Below, piece after piece: positions 37,497 to 47,471 of a stretch of 64,000 nucleotides of DNA. The stretch's first letter is position 1, and every line of letters begins with the position of its first letter. The notes under the pieces are model-generated. The model had not been told where the DNA came from, did not search any database, and was given only the letters and a program-made list of their open reading frames with translations. Position numbers and translations under genes: made by a program. Source of the stretch: Patescibacteria group bacterium (lineage in GTDB: Bacteria; Patescibacteriota; Minisyncoccia; 2-02-FULL-40-12; IGHO2-01-FULL-4-A); assembly GCA_038064915.1 (NCBI GenBank), contig JBBTSB010000009.1, positions 20,773-84,772 of the forward strand. Reading direction: 5' to 3'.

Positions 37497-39299
37497 ATGG
37501 AACAAAAAATAACTCTTTCTCCTCCCAAAAAGAGGAGAGCGCCCCGATATCGGGATGGCCAGCGCAATGGCCCCAAAAAGCGCGTTTTGACGCCCCTGCA
37601 TCGTCCAGAACGCGAAGTGCACGCCGATCATATGCAGCAGGATTCACTCAAAGTCACCCACCTTGGGGGCTTGGGAGAGATCGGTCGCAACATGCAGGTA
37701 CTGGAATATAAGGACGACATCATGTTGATTGATGCGGGTTTTGGCTTTCCGGAAGACGATCAACCGGGCATCGATTACAACCTGCCCAACGTCAGCTACC
37801 TCGCCGACAAAGTCAATCGTATCCGCGGACTTATCATCACCCATGGACACTATGACCACATCGGAGCACTCCCCTACGTCATTGAAAAACTGGGAAATCC
37901 CCCTATCTACTGTTCCCGTCTCACCTGGGGCATCGTCATGAAGCGCCACCAAGAATTCCCTCACTTGCCCGCGATGGATATCACCATCATGGATGATCGG
38001 GATGTCATCCAGCTGGGAACGCACTTTAGAGTCGAATTCGTCCACGTCAACCACAACATTCCCGAGGACCTAGCGCTTCATATCACCACCCCCGCGGGGA
38101 CGGTGTTTCATACTTCGGACTTCAAGTTTGACCCTGAACCGCTCAATGAAAAACCCACCGATATCGAATACCTCAAAAAACTCGGTGATCAGGGTGTCAC
38201 GCTCTTGCTTTCCGACTCTACGGGAGCTGAAAAAGCCGGATCTTCCGTATCGGAAGCAAGCATCAACGCGAACATCGAAGGAATTTTTAAAGAATCTCAA
38301 GGGCGTATTATTACTGCCACCTATTCGTCGCTCATCAACCGTATTCAACAGCTCATTACGCTTTCCGAAAAATATAACCGTAAAGTTGCTATCGATGGCT
38401 ACAGCATGAAGAGCAACGTGGAGATTCTCAAGGAGCTACAACAGCTTCGCATCAAAAAGGATACCCAGATCGATATCTCGCAAGTGGATGACTTTCCCGA
38501 TCGCAACGTGACCATCATTGGCACGGGAGCACAGGGTGAAGAGCGTGCTGTCATGATGCGCATCGCAACCGGCGAACACAGATTTGTACGGGTGAAGCCT
38601 ACCGACAGCATTATCTTCTCTTCTTCTGTGGTACCTGGCAACGAACGCACCGTCCAGCGACTCCGAGACATGATGTATCGCATGGGAGCAAACGTCTACC
38701 ACTATCAGATGATGGACATCCACGCCGGCGGTCATGCATTGCAAGACGATCTCAAGCGCATGATTTTGTACATGCGTCCCAAGTACTTCCTGCCAAATCA
38801 CGGATACTATTCCATGATGGTAACGCATGCAAAACTTGCACAGGAAGTCGGAATTCCGAAGGAAAACTGCATCCTGCCAGACAACGGAAACATCATCCAC
38901 ATCACTGAAGATGCCTGGTGGTTTGATAAAAAATCCGCCATCGTAGACAACGTCATGGTAGACGGTCTTGGTGTAGGTGATGTCGGTAATGTCGTCATTC
39001 GCGACCGTCAGGTCCTAGCGGAAGATGGTATGTTTGTCATCGTCACACTGATTGATTCCAAAACCGGCCAGGTACGCGGAAGTCCCGACATCATTTCCAG
39101 AGGATTTGTGTACCTCAAAGAAAATAAAGAGATGCTCATTCAGGTTCGCAAAAAAATCCGCCACCTCGTAGAAAAACACGGCACGCGTCCCATCAACTGG
39201 ACTGACCTCAAAGATGTTATTCGTGAAGAAGTCGGCCTCTTCCTTTTCCAGAAAACCGAACGCCGCCCCATGATTTTGCCGGTGGTGATTGAGGTGTAA
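37497..39299 (+). CDS. rnj: Ribonuclease J
   Basis: LGGLGEIGRNM, THGHYDHIGA, GAQGE, RRPMILPVVIEV; first ATG outside the tRNA is 37497. Confidence 0.95.
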   Translation: MEQKITLSPPKKRRAPRYRDGQRNGPKKRVLTPLHRPEREVHADHMQQDSLKVTHLGGLGEIGRNMQVLEYKDDIMLIDAGFGFPEDDQPGIDYNLPNVSYLADKVNRIRGLIITHGHYDHIGALPYVIEKLGNPPIYCSRLTWGIVMKRHQEFPHLPAMDITIMDDRDVIQLGTHFRVEFVHVNHNIPEDLALHITTPAGTVFHTSDFKFDPEPLNEKPTDIEYLKKLGDQGVTLLLSDSTGAEKAGSSVSEASINANIEGIFKESQGRIITATYSSLINRIQQLITLSEKYNRKVAIDGYSMKSNVEILKELQQLRIKKDTQIDISQVDDFPDRNVTIIGTGAQGEERAVMMRIATGEHRFVRVKPTDSIIFSSSVVPGNERTVQRLRDMMYRMGANVYHYQMMDIHAGGHALQDDLKRMILYMRPKYFLPNHGYYSMMVTHAKLAQEVGIPKENCILPDNGNIIHITEDAWWFDKKSAIVDNVMVDGLGVGDVGNVVIRDRQVLAEDGMFVIVTLIDSKTGQVRGSPDIISRGFVYLKENKEMLIQVRKKIRHLVEKHGTRPINWTDLKDVIREEVGLFLFQKTERRPMILPVVIEV

Positions 39300-39302
39300 C
39301 CC

Positions 39303-40166
39303 ATGCAACAATCTTGGTTTTTCTACGCACTCTTTGCCATGATCTGTTTTGGTGTTGGCGGAGCATTGATGAAAATGCCTGCCGCGCGCCAGCAGAACCG
39401 TTTTGTGATGGCCTTTTGGTCGGTGGGATTTCCATTCGTGCTCTCGCTATTGGTGTTTTGGAAACACCTCCCCTCCACCACATCACGATTACTCTGGATT
39501 GCGCTGCTCTGGGGGCTATTCTTCTCAGTTGCGCGCATCTTATACATAGAAAGCTATCACTACGCGGATACCAACGTGGTCACTCCCATGACCAGCAGCA
39601 TGGGCATTCTTCTTACGTTTGCTAGCGGATTATTTCTGTTTCACGATCGTCTTTCGCTCTTGGAGTTTTTGGGCCTTGTTACCGCCTTTTCAGCCGTTGC
39701 TTTATTTGCATTTGAAAACAAAGGTCATCAAAGTCTCAAAAAATTGATCTATGTTTTGATCATCTTATCTCTGTGTTCCGTCACCTACAAAATATTTCAG
39801 AAAATGGGAGTGGACTCCGGCGACATCTATGTATTTCAAATCTGGCAGTTCCTCTTTGCTTCGTTGTTTCTATTTCTTTTGTTTGCCTTGCGCCATAAAG
39901 ATGAGATACGACAGTGGCACATTCACCTTTCCGGCCCAGGCATTATGAGCGGTTGTATGATGGGGCTTTTGTCCTTTGCTGGTGGAATCGCCTACAATAT
40001 CGCGCTTACGCGAGGATCCTTTACCTTAGTAAACATCCTCATGGCAATGTACCTGCCAGTGACAATTTTTACCGGCTATCTCCTTTATCAAGAAAAGTTC
40101 ACCAAACGAAAAGCATTGCTACTCGTGCTTGCATTGGCCTCCATCGTACTGATAAGATTAGGCTAA
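39303..40166 (+). CDS. EamA/DMT family transporter
   Basis: About 10 TM helices in two repeats, LYQEKFT. Confidence 0.8.
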   Translation: MQQSWFFYALFAMICFGVGGALMKMPAARQQNRFVMAFWSVGFPFVLSLLVFWKHLPSTTSRLLWIALLWGLFFSVARILYIESYHYADTNVVTPMTSSMGILLTFASGLFLFHDRLSLLEFLGLVTAFSAVALFAFENKGHQSLKKLIYVLIILSLCSVTYKIFQKMGVDSGDIYVFQIWQFLFASLFLFLLFALRHKDEIRQWHIHLSGPGIMSGCMMGLLSFAGGIAYNIALTRGSFTLVNILMAMYLPVTIFTGYLLYQEKFTKRKALLLVLALASIVLIRLG

Positions 40167-40167
40167 C

Positions 40168-41100
40168 ATGAATAGAATCTTTTCCGGCATCCGTCCTTCA
40201 GGCAAACTCCATCTTGGCAACTATCTGGGTGCCATCAAAAACTGGCTCGCCCTGAGCGAAGTCGAAGGGATTGATCAGGCTTTATTCGCCGTAGTAGACT
40301 TGCATGGCATTACCACGCCGTACGATCCCTCTATTTATCACAATGGCGTCATGGATGTGATTTTGGACTACATGGCAGCTGGAATAAATCCCGACAAATC
40401 GCTTTTGATTCGCCAGTCGAAAGTCCATCAGCATGCAGAACTCGCATGGCTTTTTAATACAATCACTCCGGTCAGCTGGCTCGATCGCTTACCAACATAT
40501 AAAGAAAAAATCGAACAGACAGGCGGCAAATACAACCACATGGGTATACTCGACTACCCCGTCCTCATGGCGGCAGATATTTTGCTTTACAAATCAAACC
40601 TCGTTCCAGTCGGCGATGATCAAAAAGCGCACATAGATCTGACCAACGAAATCGCCAAAAAGTTTAATCACATGTTCGGCGAGATGTTTGAGCCGGTAAA
40701 AACAGTAAAAGCCGAGGGAGCAAGAATTATGTCGCTCAAGGATCCGACCAAAAAAATGTCCAAGACTGGCGATGAGGGCATCGCGCTCTCGGATGATCCG
40801 GATACCATCAATGCCAAAATAAAAAAAGCTGTCACTACACCCGAAGGCATCGCGAACCTTTCTCTAATTTACAAACTCCTGGCAAATGAAGAGCCCCAGA
40901 TCGAAGAAGGAAATTATGCCGATTTCAAATCCAAGCTCGCCGACGTCGTCGTCGAATTCCTCAAACCCTTCCAATCCCGCCGCGCAAAGCTTGCCGCCGA
41001 CATGGGCGAAGTAGAACGTATCTTGCAAAAATCAGAAGCAAAGGCTATGGTAATCGCACAGACCACGTTGGCGGAAGTCCGCCAAAAGATGGGTCTGTAA
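40168..41100 (+). CDS. trpS: Tryptophan--tRNA ligase
   Basis: SGIRPSGKLHLGN, YPVLMAADIL, VPVGDDQ, KMSK. Confidence 0.97.
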   Translation: MNRIFSGIRPSGKLHLGNYLGAIKNWLALSEVEGIDQALFAVVDLHGITTPYDPSIYHNGVMDVILDYMAAGINPDKSLLIRQSKVHQHAELAWLFNTITPVSWLDRLPTYKEKIEQTGGKYNHMGILDYPVLMAADILLYKSNLVPVGDDQKAHIDLTNEIAKKFNHMFGEMFEPVKTVKAEGARIMSLKDPTKKMSKTGDEGIALSDDPDTINAKIKKAVTTPEGIANLSLIYKLLANEEPQIEEGNYADFKSKLADVVVEFLKPFQSRRAKLAADMGEVERILQKSEAKAMVIAQTTLAEVRQKMGL

Positions 41101-41113
41101 AGGAGGAAATAAG

Positions 41114-41227
41114 ATGAAGCGACCTCGAAACTCGTTTCTCATCGCCCTGGGCGTGACAGTGTACGCCGCGCTCGCCTTCACCGCTAGCAATTTAGCGCTG
41201 GCACCCTTCATCTACACGGTCTTCTAG
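41114..41227 (+). CDS. 37-aa hydrophobic micro-ORF
   Basis: SD AAGGAGG; MKRPRNSFLIALGVTVYAALAFTASNLALAPFIYTVF*. Confidence 0.5.
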   Translation: MKRPRNSFLIALGVTVYAALAFTASNLALAPFIYTVF

Positions 41228-41235
41228 GAGGAACC

Positions 41236-41376
41236 GTGTACATTCCGGCTTGGATCGGAGTTCCTTTGTTGTTGGCGGTTTCAACGATGTGGGCATGGGT
41301 CCCATGGATTGAGGGCCTTATCTCTCGACAGAAGACGTCGAGTGATCACGTCTTCCCCGATGACGACGATCAGTAG
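41236..41376 (+). CDS. 46-aa single-TM micro-ORF with acidic tail
   Basis: SD AGGAGG, GTG start; MYIPAWIGVPLLLAVSTMWAWVPWIEGLISRQKTSSDHVFPDDDDQ*. Confidence 0.5.
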   Translation: MYIPAWIGVPLLLAVSTMWAWVPWIEGLISRQKTSSDHVFPDDDDQ

Positions 41377-41427
41377 CATGATCGTCAAGTTCCTGATCCC
41401 CGGCCGCGCAGGCGCGTCTCCCCGAGG

Positions 41428-41827
41428 CCGCCGCCCCGGGGATTCACGCTATTTAGAGACAATTGACCGACTTTTTGCAGGTGCTATAATGAACAAATCA
41501 ATATGAAAAAAACGTCGAAAAAAGAAACTCAGCTTGATATGATTGCTCGTCATGTGGCGAAGATCAAGGATACCATGGCAACAAAGAGTGATTTAGCGGA
41601 AATCAGGAGTACCATGGCCACAAAGATGGAGCTTGCCGAAGTGAAACTCAATATGGTCAGCAAAGACGACCTACGAAGAACCGAGGAGCGGCTACTTGAT
41701 AAACTCGATACACACAATGAAATCGAAGGTGCTCTCATCAAAGATCTCCAAACTCGAGTCAAAAAACTACAAACCCACGTTTACAAAACTCAATAATGCC
41801 CGCCGCCCCTTGGATTCACTCTGTTTA
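41428..41827 (+). mobile_element. Single-gene insertion (372-bp repeat-to-repeat) flanked by 28-bp direct repeats
   Basis: 41428-41455 vs 41800-41827 match at 24/28; contains its own promoter and one ORF. Confidence 0.55.
41503..41796 (+). CDS. Coiled-coil hypothetical protein with 11-aa (MATKxDL-like) repeats
   Basis: MATKSDL/MATKMEL/MVSKDDL; promoter TTGACC-16-TATAAT at 41463-41490. Confidence 0.75.
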   Translation: MKKTSKKETQLDMIARHVAKIKDTMATKSDLAEIRSTMATKMELAEVKLNMVSKDDLRRTEERLLDKLDTHNEIEGALIKDLQTRVKKLQTHVYKTQ

Positions 41828-43063
41828 TGAAGCAATGAGTGCCTGAACTTCTTTAATTTTCTCGTCCATCGTGTCTTTGGTACGAGCTTCGACGATGAGG
41901 CGAATCACGGGTTCAGTGCCGGAGGCACGGACCAAAAACCACCAATCGGGATAATCCACCCTTAAACCATCGATTTCATTGAGCGCGCCATCAGCGTATT
42001 GTGCTTTAAGCTTAGCGACAATCGGTGCAACAGAATCCGGCCAACCGGCAATTGGTGCATTGATCTCCCCTGAATATGCCCAGACATCCAATGGTGCAAC
42101 AAGCTCGTCGATAGTTTTCTTTTCCTCGGATAATAATTTCAATATTTTCAAAATCCCCAATTGCGTCGATTCGCTATAGTTGAGCTCCCTAAACATGAGA
42201 TGTCCAGAAGCTTCTCCCGCAAATTCCACATCGTTCTCCTTCATAACGCGCTTGATGTTGGTGTGGCCAATTTTTGATGGGATCAATTTCGTGCCTCGTG
42301 CAATGAGATAATCGGTAACTCCTCGCGATGCTCGCAAATCGGCAATGACTTCTTTCATATTTTGTGCCAAAAGACCTTCAAATAAATCAGCGCGGATTTG
42401 TTTGTTTTGTGAGTTGTATATCATGAGGCGATCACCGTCAGGATCAAAGGCAAATTTTACATCGTACCCGACATTCACTGACATAATTCCAAGTTTATCA
42501 AAAATAACACCAAGTTCTTTTCTGATCATTGGCGCAGCTTCAACCGCGACCTTCAAATCTACCTCCCCTTTGAAAAGTCCCGAATATTTGATGATGTGCT
42601 CCGCATGATCATTGAGGACATTTATCGGCGCAATGTTTCCGATTGTTTCGGCAAAAATCGGTTCTCCACGAATGATTTCTGCCAATTCCAATAATCCCGA
42701 CTCCTTGCCCAATACCATAGCGTCCTTTTTGCAAATTTTGAAACCATTAAACGCCTCGCCCATATGTGATGCGGTTATCATGATACCAGCAGGTGCGGAG
42801 CCGGAAATAACTGCATAATAAAAAAACGGCGTGCTGGATTCACCTATGTCAACGACATCACACCCCGCGCCGGTAATTCCACGAATAATCGCCTCTCGGA
42901 GTGGCAAAGCCGAGGGGCGCATGTCACGTGCAAGAATGAGCTTTTTTGCATCAAAATACGTTACCAACGCACCTCCGAGACGTTCCGCAAATTCATCATC
43001 AAAGTCTTTGTTGTATTCACCGCGGATATCGTAAGCGCGAAGAATTCCTGGATTAAATTTCAT
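41825..43063 (-). CDS. Phosphomannomutase/phosphoglucomutase
   Basis: RAYDIRG, ITASH, FDPDGDR, GEASGH, RASGTEP. Confidence 0.92.
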   Translation of the reverse strand: MKFNPGILRAYDIRGEYNKDFDDEFAERLGGALVTYFDAKKLILARDMRPSALPLREAIIRGITGAGCDVVDIGESSTPFFYYAVISGSAPAGIMITASHMGEAFNGFKICKKDAMVLGKESGLLELAEIIRGEPIFAETIGNIAPINVLNDHAEHIIKYSGLFKGEVDLKVAVEAAPMIRKELGVIFDKLGIMSVNVGYDVKFAFDPDGDRLMIYNSQNKQIRADLFEGLLAQNMKEVIADLRASRGVTDYLIARGTKLIPSKIGHTNIKRVMKENDVEFAGEASGHLMFRELNYSESTQLGILKILKLLSEEKKTIDELVAPLDVWAYSGEINAPIAGWPDSVAPIVAKLKAQYADGALNEIDGLRVDYPDWWFLVRASGTEPVIRLIVEARTKDTMDEKIKEVQALIAS

Positions 43064-43086
43064 AAACTTGATACAGTTGTTGGGTT

Positions 43087-44457
43087 ATGATTTCTCTCAA
43101 AAAGATCAAAAAAGTTCATATGATCGGGATCAAAGGCACAGGGATGTCGGCGCTTGCGCTCGCACTTCGAAGCTTGGGAATCCAGGTCAGCGGATCGGAT
43201 GCAAAGGACTCTTTTATGCTTCTCGATCAGCCACGCTTCACGCGAGCCGGAATTAAAATAAATCACGATTTCAGTGCCGAGCATGTTACTTCTAAACTCA
43301 GCGCTGTCATCGTATCCAGTTCGCATCTTACCAAAAATCCTGAAGTAAATAAAGCCCGCAAGCTCAAGATCCAAATTTTGGAGTACAAAGATGTGATCGG
43401 CATACTTTCGGAAGAATTTAGATCAATCGCTGTCACTGGCTCGCACGGCAAGACCACGACGACCAACATGCTCGCACATGTGCTCCGTCCAGTGCTTGCT
43501 ATCGCAGGACCGACCAGTCCACAAGTCTTGGATGAAATGAAACCAGGCAGTATGTTCGTCTTCGAGGCCGACGAATATCAAAACAAACTAAAATCCTACT
43601 CCCCTTTCGGTGTCATCCTCACTAACGTCGAACTTGACCATCCTGATTATTTTAAGTCCCAAGCTCAATACGAGCGCGTCTTCTCGCAATTCGTGCAACG
43701 TATACCGTCAGAGGGGTTTTTAGTTTATTGTCATGATGACGAGGCTGCCCGACACATTGCTACAAAAGCAAAGTGTAAAAAACTCGGTTATGGCTTCTCT
43801 GAAGGCTCCACCTACCTCATCCGCGCCGTAGAAAATCCCACCAACGGTGCTCCGTTCGCTTTGCATAATCACGCGACACCAGTCGGTATTTTCCGTACGG
43901 CACTTTTGGGACGACACAATATTCTCAACGCTGCGGCGGTAGTCCTTGCCGCTCGAGAGCTTGGTGTTGATGATGAAAAAATAAAAGGAGCTCTCATGAG
44001 CTTTCGCGGTTCGCCCCGCCGCCTACAAAAAGTTTCCACCAACCCCCTCGTCTTTGATGACTACGGCCATCACCCCACGGAAATCAAAGCGACCATCAAA
44101 GCACTCCGTGATACGTATCCCGACAAAAAAATCATCACCGTTTTTCATCCGCACACCTTCACCCGCACCAAAAAATTCCTCAAAGAATTTGGCGATTCAT
44201 TTGCCGACTCTGATCATACGATTGTGCTTGAAATCTGGGGCTCGGCTCGCGAGACCCACGGAACCGTGAGTTCTCGTGACGTTGTCGCCGAAATCGAAAA
44301 ACATAAAGGACGAGCCGAGTATGCGGCCACGTTTGAAGATGCTGCAAAATTATTGAAAGGCAAGCTTGGCGATGATACGCTATTACTAACCATCGGCGCA
44401 GGAGATATTTGGAAACTACACCCCTATGTTATCAATCGGAATAGTCGGGCTTCCTAA
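43087..44457 (+). CDS. murC: UDP-N-acetylmuramate--L-alanine ligase
   Basis: GIKGTGMS, GSHGKTTT, EADE, DDYGHHPTE, FHPH. Confidence 0.93.
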   Translation: MISLKKIKKVHMIGIKGTGMSALALALRSLGIQVSGSDAKDSFMLLDQPRFTRAGIKINHDFSAEHVTSKLSAVIVSSSHLTKNPEVNKARKLKIQILEYKDVIGILSEEFRSIAVTGSHGKTTTTNMLAHVLRPVLAIAGPTSPQVLDEMKPGSMFVFEADEYQNKLKSYSPFGVILTNVELDHPDYFKSQAQYERVFSQFVQRIPSEGFLVYCHDDEAARHIATKAKCKKLGYGFSEGSTYLIRAVENPTNGAPFALHNHATPVGIFRTALLGRHNILNAAAVVLAARELGVDDEKIKGALMSFRGSPRRLQKVSTNPLVFDDYGHHPTEIKATIKALRDTYPDKKIITVFHPHTFTRTKKFLKEFGDSFADSDHTIVLEIWGSARETHGTVSSRDVVAEIEKHKGRAEYAATFEDAAKLLKGKLGDDTLLLTIGAGDIWKLHPYVINRNSRAS

Positions 44458-45361
44458 TGTCGGCAAGTCGACATTATTCAAGGCACTGACCAAAAAACAA
44501 ATCGATATTCAAAACTACCCGTTTACCACGATTGATCCCAACGTGGGTGTTGTCGCCGTGCCGGATGAACGACTGACCAAGCTTGCAGAGCTATCTCACT
44601 CCAAAAAAATCATTCCCACGGCGATCGAATTCATAGATATTGCTGGACTGGTAAAGGGCGCATCGCAGGGAGAGGGTTTGGGAAATAAATTTCTTGCCAA
44701 TATCCGTGAAGTGGACGCGATTGCGCATGTGGTACGAGTCTTTGATGACAAAGATATCACTCACGTCCACAATCGAGTAGATCCGTCAGACGATATAGAA
44801 ATCATAAAAACTGAACTTGAACTTGCCGATTTGGAATCAAAACAAAAACGGGAAGGTAAAAATAAAGATAAAGACTTACCGCCTCTTAGCTTGCTCACTG
44901 ATAAAAAAGTTATCTACGTGTTTAACGTCTCCGAAGCGCAGATTAAGACTGACTGGAAGCCGCCTGTTGATGGAGTAGTTTTATCGAGTACGTTTGAGTT
45001 ACTCCTTTCCGAGGCAACGCCCGAGGAACAGAAAATGTATCTTGAAGATGTCGGCATTAAGCAATCAGGACTTGATGAATTAATTACCAAAGCGTATAAA
45101 ACTCTGGGGCTATTAACTTTTCTGACAACCGGCGAAGACGAGACCCGCGCCTGGACAGCGCATGTGGGCGATCTGATCCCCCGCGCAAGCCGTGCTATTC
45201 ACACCGACTTTGAGCAAAAATTTATCCGCGCCGAAGTCATCAACTGGAAAACGCTCCTCGAAGTTGGAGGTTGGTCTAAAGCAAAAGAAACCGGGAAACT
45301 CAAACTCGTCGGCAAAGACTACACTATCCAAGAAGGAGATGTGGTAGAGATCAAAATTTAA
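44426..45361 (+). CDS. ychF: Redox-regulated ATPase YchF (short form)
   Basis: [40 protein letters not shown]-terminal TGS. Confidence 0.93.
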   Translation: MLSIGIVGLPNVGKSTLFKALTKKQIDIQNYPFTTIDPNVGVVAVPDERLTKLAELSHSKKIIPTAIEFIDIAGLVKGASQGEGLGNKFLANIREVDAIAHVVRVFDDKDITHVHNRVDPSDDIEIIKTELELADLESKQKREGKNKDKDLPPLSLLTDKKVIYVFNVSEAQIKTDWKPPVDGVVLSSTFELLLSEATPEEQKMYLEDVGIKQSGLDELITKAYKTLGLLTFLTTGEDETRAWTAHVGDLIPRASRAIHTDFEQKFIRAEVINWKTLLEVGGWSKAKETGKLKLVGKDYTIQEGDVVEIKI

Positions 45362-46215
45362 ATCTTTCCTACTGATCCGAAGAGTTCCAGTTTCTTTTTG
45401 ACGAGGGCTTTTGCGGCGTCAAAGGCCGGCTGGATAAATTTGTGCGGTGTCGTAGACTCATCGTCTTTGGCGAGTTCTTTTTCGAGGGCATCGTGGTAGG
45501 CAATGCGGAGCTCGGTATTGATATGGATATTGCAAATGCCATGTTTGATGGATTCTTTGATATCCTCATCAGACAATCCCGAAGCACCGTGAAGAACAAG
45601 GGGTGTTTCGGGTATCGCCGCGGAGATGTCTTTAAGCACATCAAAATTTAATTGTTCCTTTTGGTCAGTGACAATGCCATGAATATTCCCAAACGCGATC
45701 GCCAGACGATGAATTCCGGTGCGCTCCACAAACTCCTGTGCCTGTCGTGGATTGGTGTAGTCATCCACCGTAATTTCCACCTTTTTCTGCACTTCCGAGT
45801 CCCCGCGCAAATACCCAAGCTCCCCTTCCACCATCATGTCGGGGTCTATCGTGCGAGCATACTCGACGACCTTCTTTGTCAACGCAACATTTTCTTCAAA
45901 CGGCAGTTTTGACGCATCTATGAGTACCGTGTCATAACCCTCCTCGATACATGGACTCACAGACTCCCACGTTTTGTGATGGTCTGCATTAAGGAACACC
46001 GGATAGCCTAAATCTTGCCAGGATCGCACGAGCGCGATTGCTTGCTCAAGGCCGATAAATTTCTCCTCACCTTCGGATGTCGCTACCATCACAGGGCTTT
46101 TGAGTTCCGCCGCCGCTTCAACAATAGCTTTGAGCTGATCAGCAGTACTAAAATTAAAGTGCCCGATCGCCCACTTTTCTTGCTTCGCTTTTTGGAAGTA
46201 TTCTTTGATGATCAT
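45358..46215 (-). CDS. fba: Class II fructose-bisphosphate aldolase
   Basis: NADH, EGELG, GNIHG, LVLHGASG, INTE. Confidence 0.92.
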   Translation of the reverse strand: MIIKEYFQKAKQEKWAIGHFNFSTADQLKAIVEAAAELKSPVMVATSEGEEKFIGLEQAIALVRSWQDLGYPVFLNADHHKTWESVSPCIEEGYDTVLIDASKLPFEENVALTKKVVEYARTIDPDMMVEGELGYLRGDSEVQKKVEITVDDYTNPRQAQEFVERTGIHRLAIAFGNIHGIVTDQKEQLNFDVLKDISAAIPETPLVLHGASGLSDEDIKESIKHGICNIHINTELRIAYHDALEKELAKDDESTTPHKFIQPAFDAAKALVKKKLELFGSVGKI

Positions 46216-47459
46216 AACGTGATAAATCCATTGATGATGTTTTTCTCAATCTCTGTTTCGAGCCTACCACGTCCGATGTACTCGATAAAGAGTTTGTTCC
46301 ACAAAGCTTCCTCCTGGTGATAGAGGTACTTGGATTCGCCTTTTTTGACCACGGACATAATCAAATCGATAAGGTCAAAACTAATGAGCTCTTCCTTGCC
46401 ATCAAGTGTCGGGAAAAAATCTCCCACAAAATCAAGCCCCTGCCAATAGCCAAGTGTATGTCCTGCGGCATCTCCATGCATAGCAAGACGCCCCAAATCC
46501 CCTTCGGCCTTGTACCAGTGTTCGGCTTCAGGATTTACGTGCGGCTCGAGCAAACGAAAATCATTTTCATCATCCTTTGCCAAATATCGCTGGACAATGC
46601 GGAAACTTCCTTCCGGCGCTGGCCCTTCCGGAACATCGCCACGAAGCATTGATTGCAGTTTCGGTACGAAGTCAGATTCCTGCGAATACTGCCGAATCAG
46701 CTTTGTATAAAATGGCACTTCGTTTAAATAATGCAACAAGAGCATAAACATACGCGCAGTCTCGCCAGGGATATCGATTTTGATCGGCACAATGAAAATA
46801 ATGCCAAGTTCTTTTAGGTGGCTCACGTTGTGGTGTTTCTTTTTCATAAACTTGTCCGCAACATCAAGCCATTCTTCCTCAAGCACCTTCAACTCAACAT
46901 CACGTTCTTCAAAATCATCTGCCGTTAGATCCGCATAGCCTTTGTCAAAAAACACATGCATCCATTTCTCATCCTGCGCGAACCGCAATGAGGCAAACAC
47001 TGATGAAAAGCCTTGCTTCTCCACAAGCTCAGCAACCGTTTTGTATCCAAAATGATCGAGGAGATTTTGTGGAGGGAATTTTTCCAGCATTGCCACTGCT
47101 CGTTCTTGCTTCACAAAAAAACCTTTCTGTGGTTTTGCCAATTCAATGGCCGTCTGGCAAAGCTTTCCACATACATGAGACATTTTGGAAAGATCTGGCT
47201 TGTCAAGAAACTGATAAAGATGCTCATCCAAGTGCGTCAAACGCTTGATGAGAATACTATACACTTCCTCGGCCGTGGCTTTTTGACGATCCAAACCAAG
47301 TTCTTCTAGTGTGCGGCGAACCAAAATCTCATTTTCTTCCATCAAATTCTCGATCACTTCTTTTTTGCCAGTCAGCTTTTCCATCTTCGCTGCAAAGTCC
47401 ACCAGCATCTCCGGCTTGGTACGAAAAATCTTCGCGAGTTTGATGTATGAGTCGTGCAT
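46212..47459 (-). CDS. Hypothetical protein (415 aa)
   Basis: Long ORF overlapping the fba start, inside the sugar-phosphate cluster; no motif recognised. Confidence 0.75.
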   Translation of the reverse strand: MHDSYIKLAKIFRTKPEMLVDFAAKMEKLTGKKEVIENLMEENEILVRRTLEELGLDRQKATAEEVYSILIKRLTHLDEHLYQFLDKPDLSKMSHVCGKLCQTAIELAKPQKGFFVKQERAVAMLEKFPPQNLLDHFGYKTVAELVEKQGFSSVFASLRFAQDEKWMHVFFDKGYADLTADDFEERDVELKVLEEEWLDVADKFMKKKHHNVSHLKELGIIFIVPIKIDIPGETARMFMLLLHYLNEVPFYTKLIRQYSQESDFVPKLQSMLRGDVPEGPAPEGSFRIVQRYLAKDDENDFRLLEPHVNPEAEHWYKAEGDLGRLAMHGDAAGHTLGYWQGLDFVGDFFPTLDGKEELISFDLIDLIMSVVKKGESKYLYHQEEALWNKLFIEYIGRGRLETEIEKNIINGFITL

Positions 47460-47471
47460 GTTGCTACCCTA

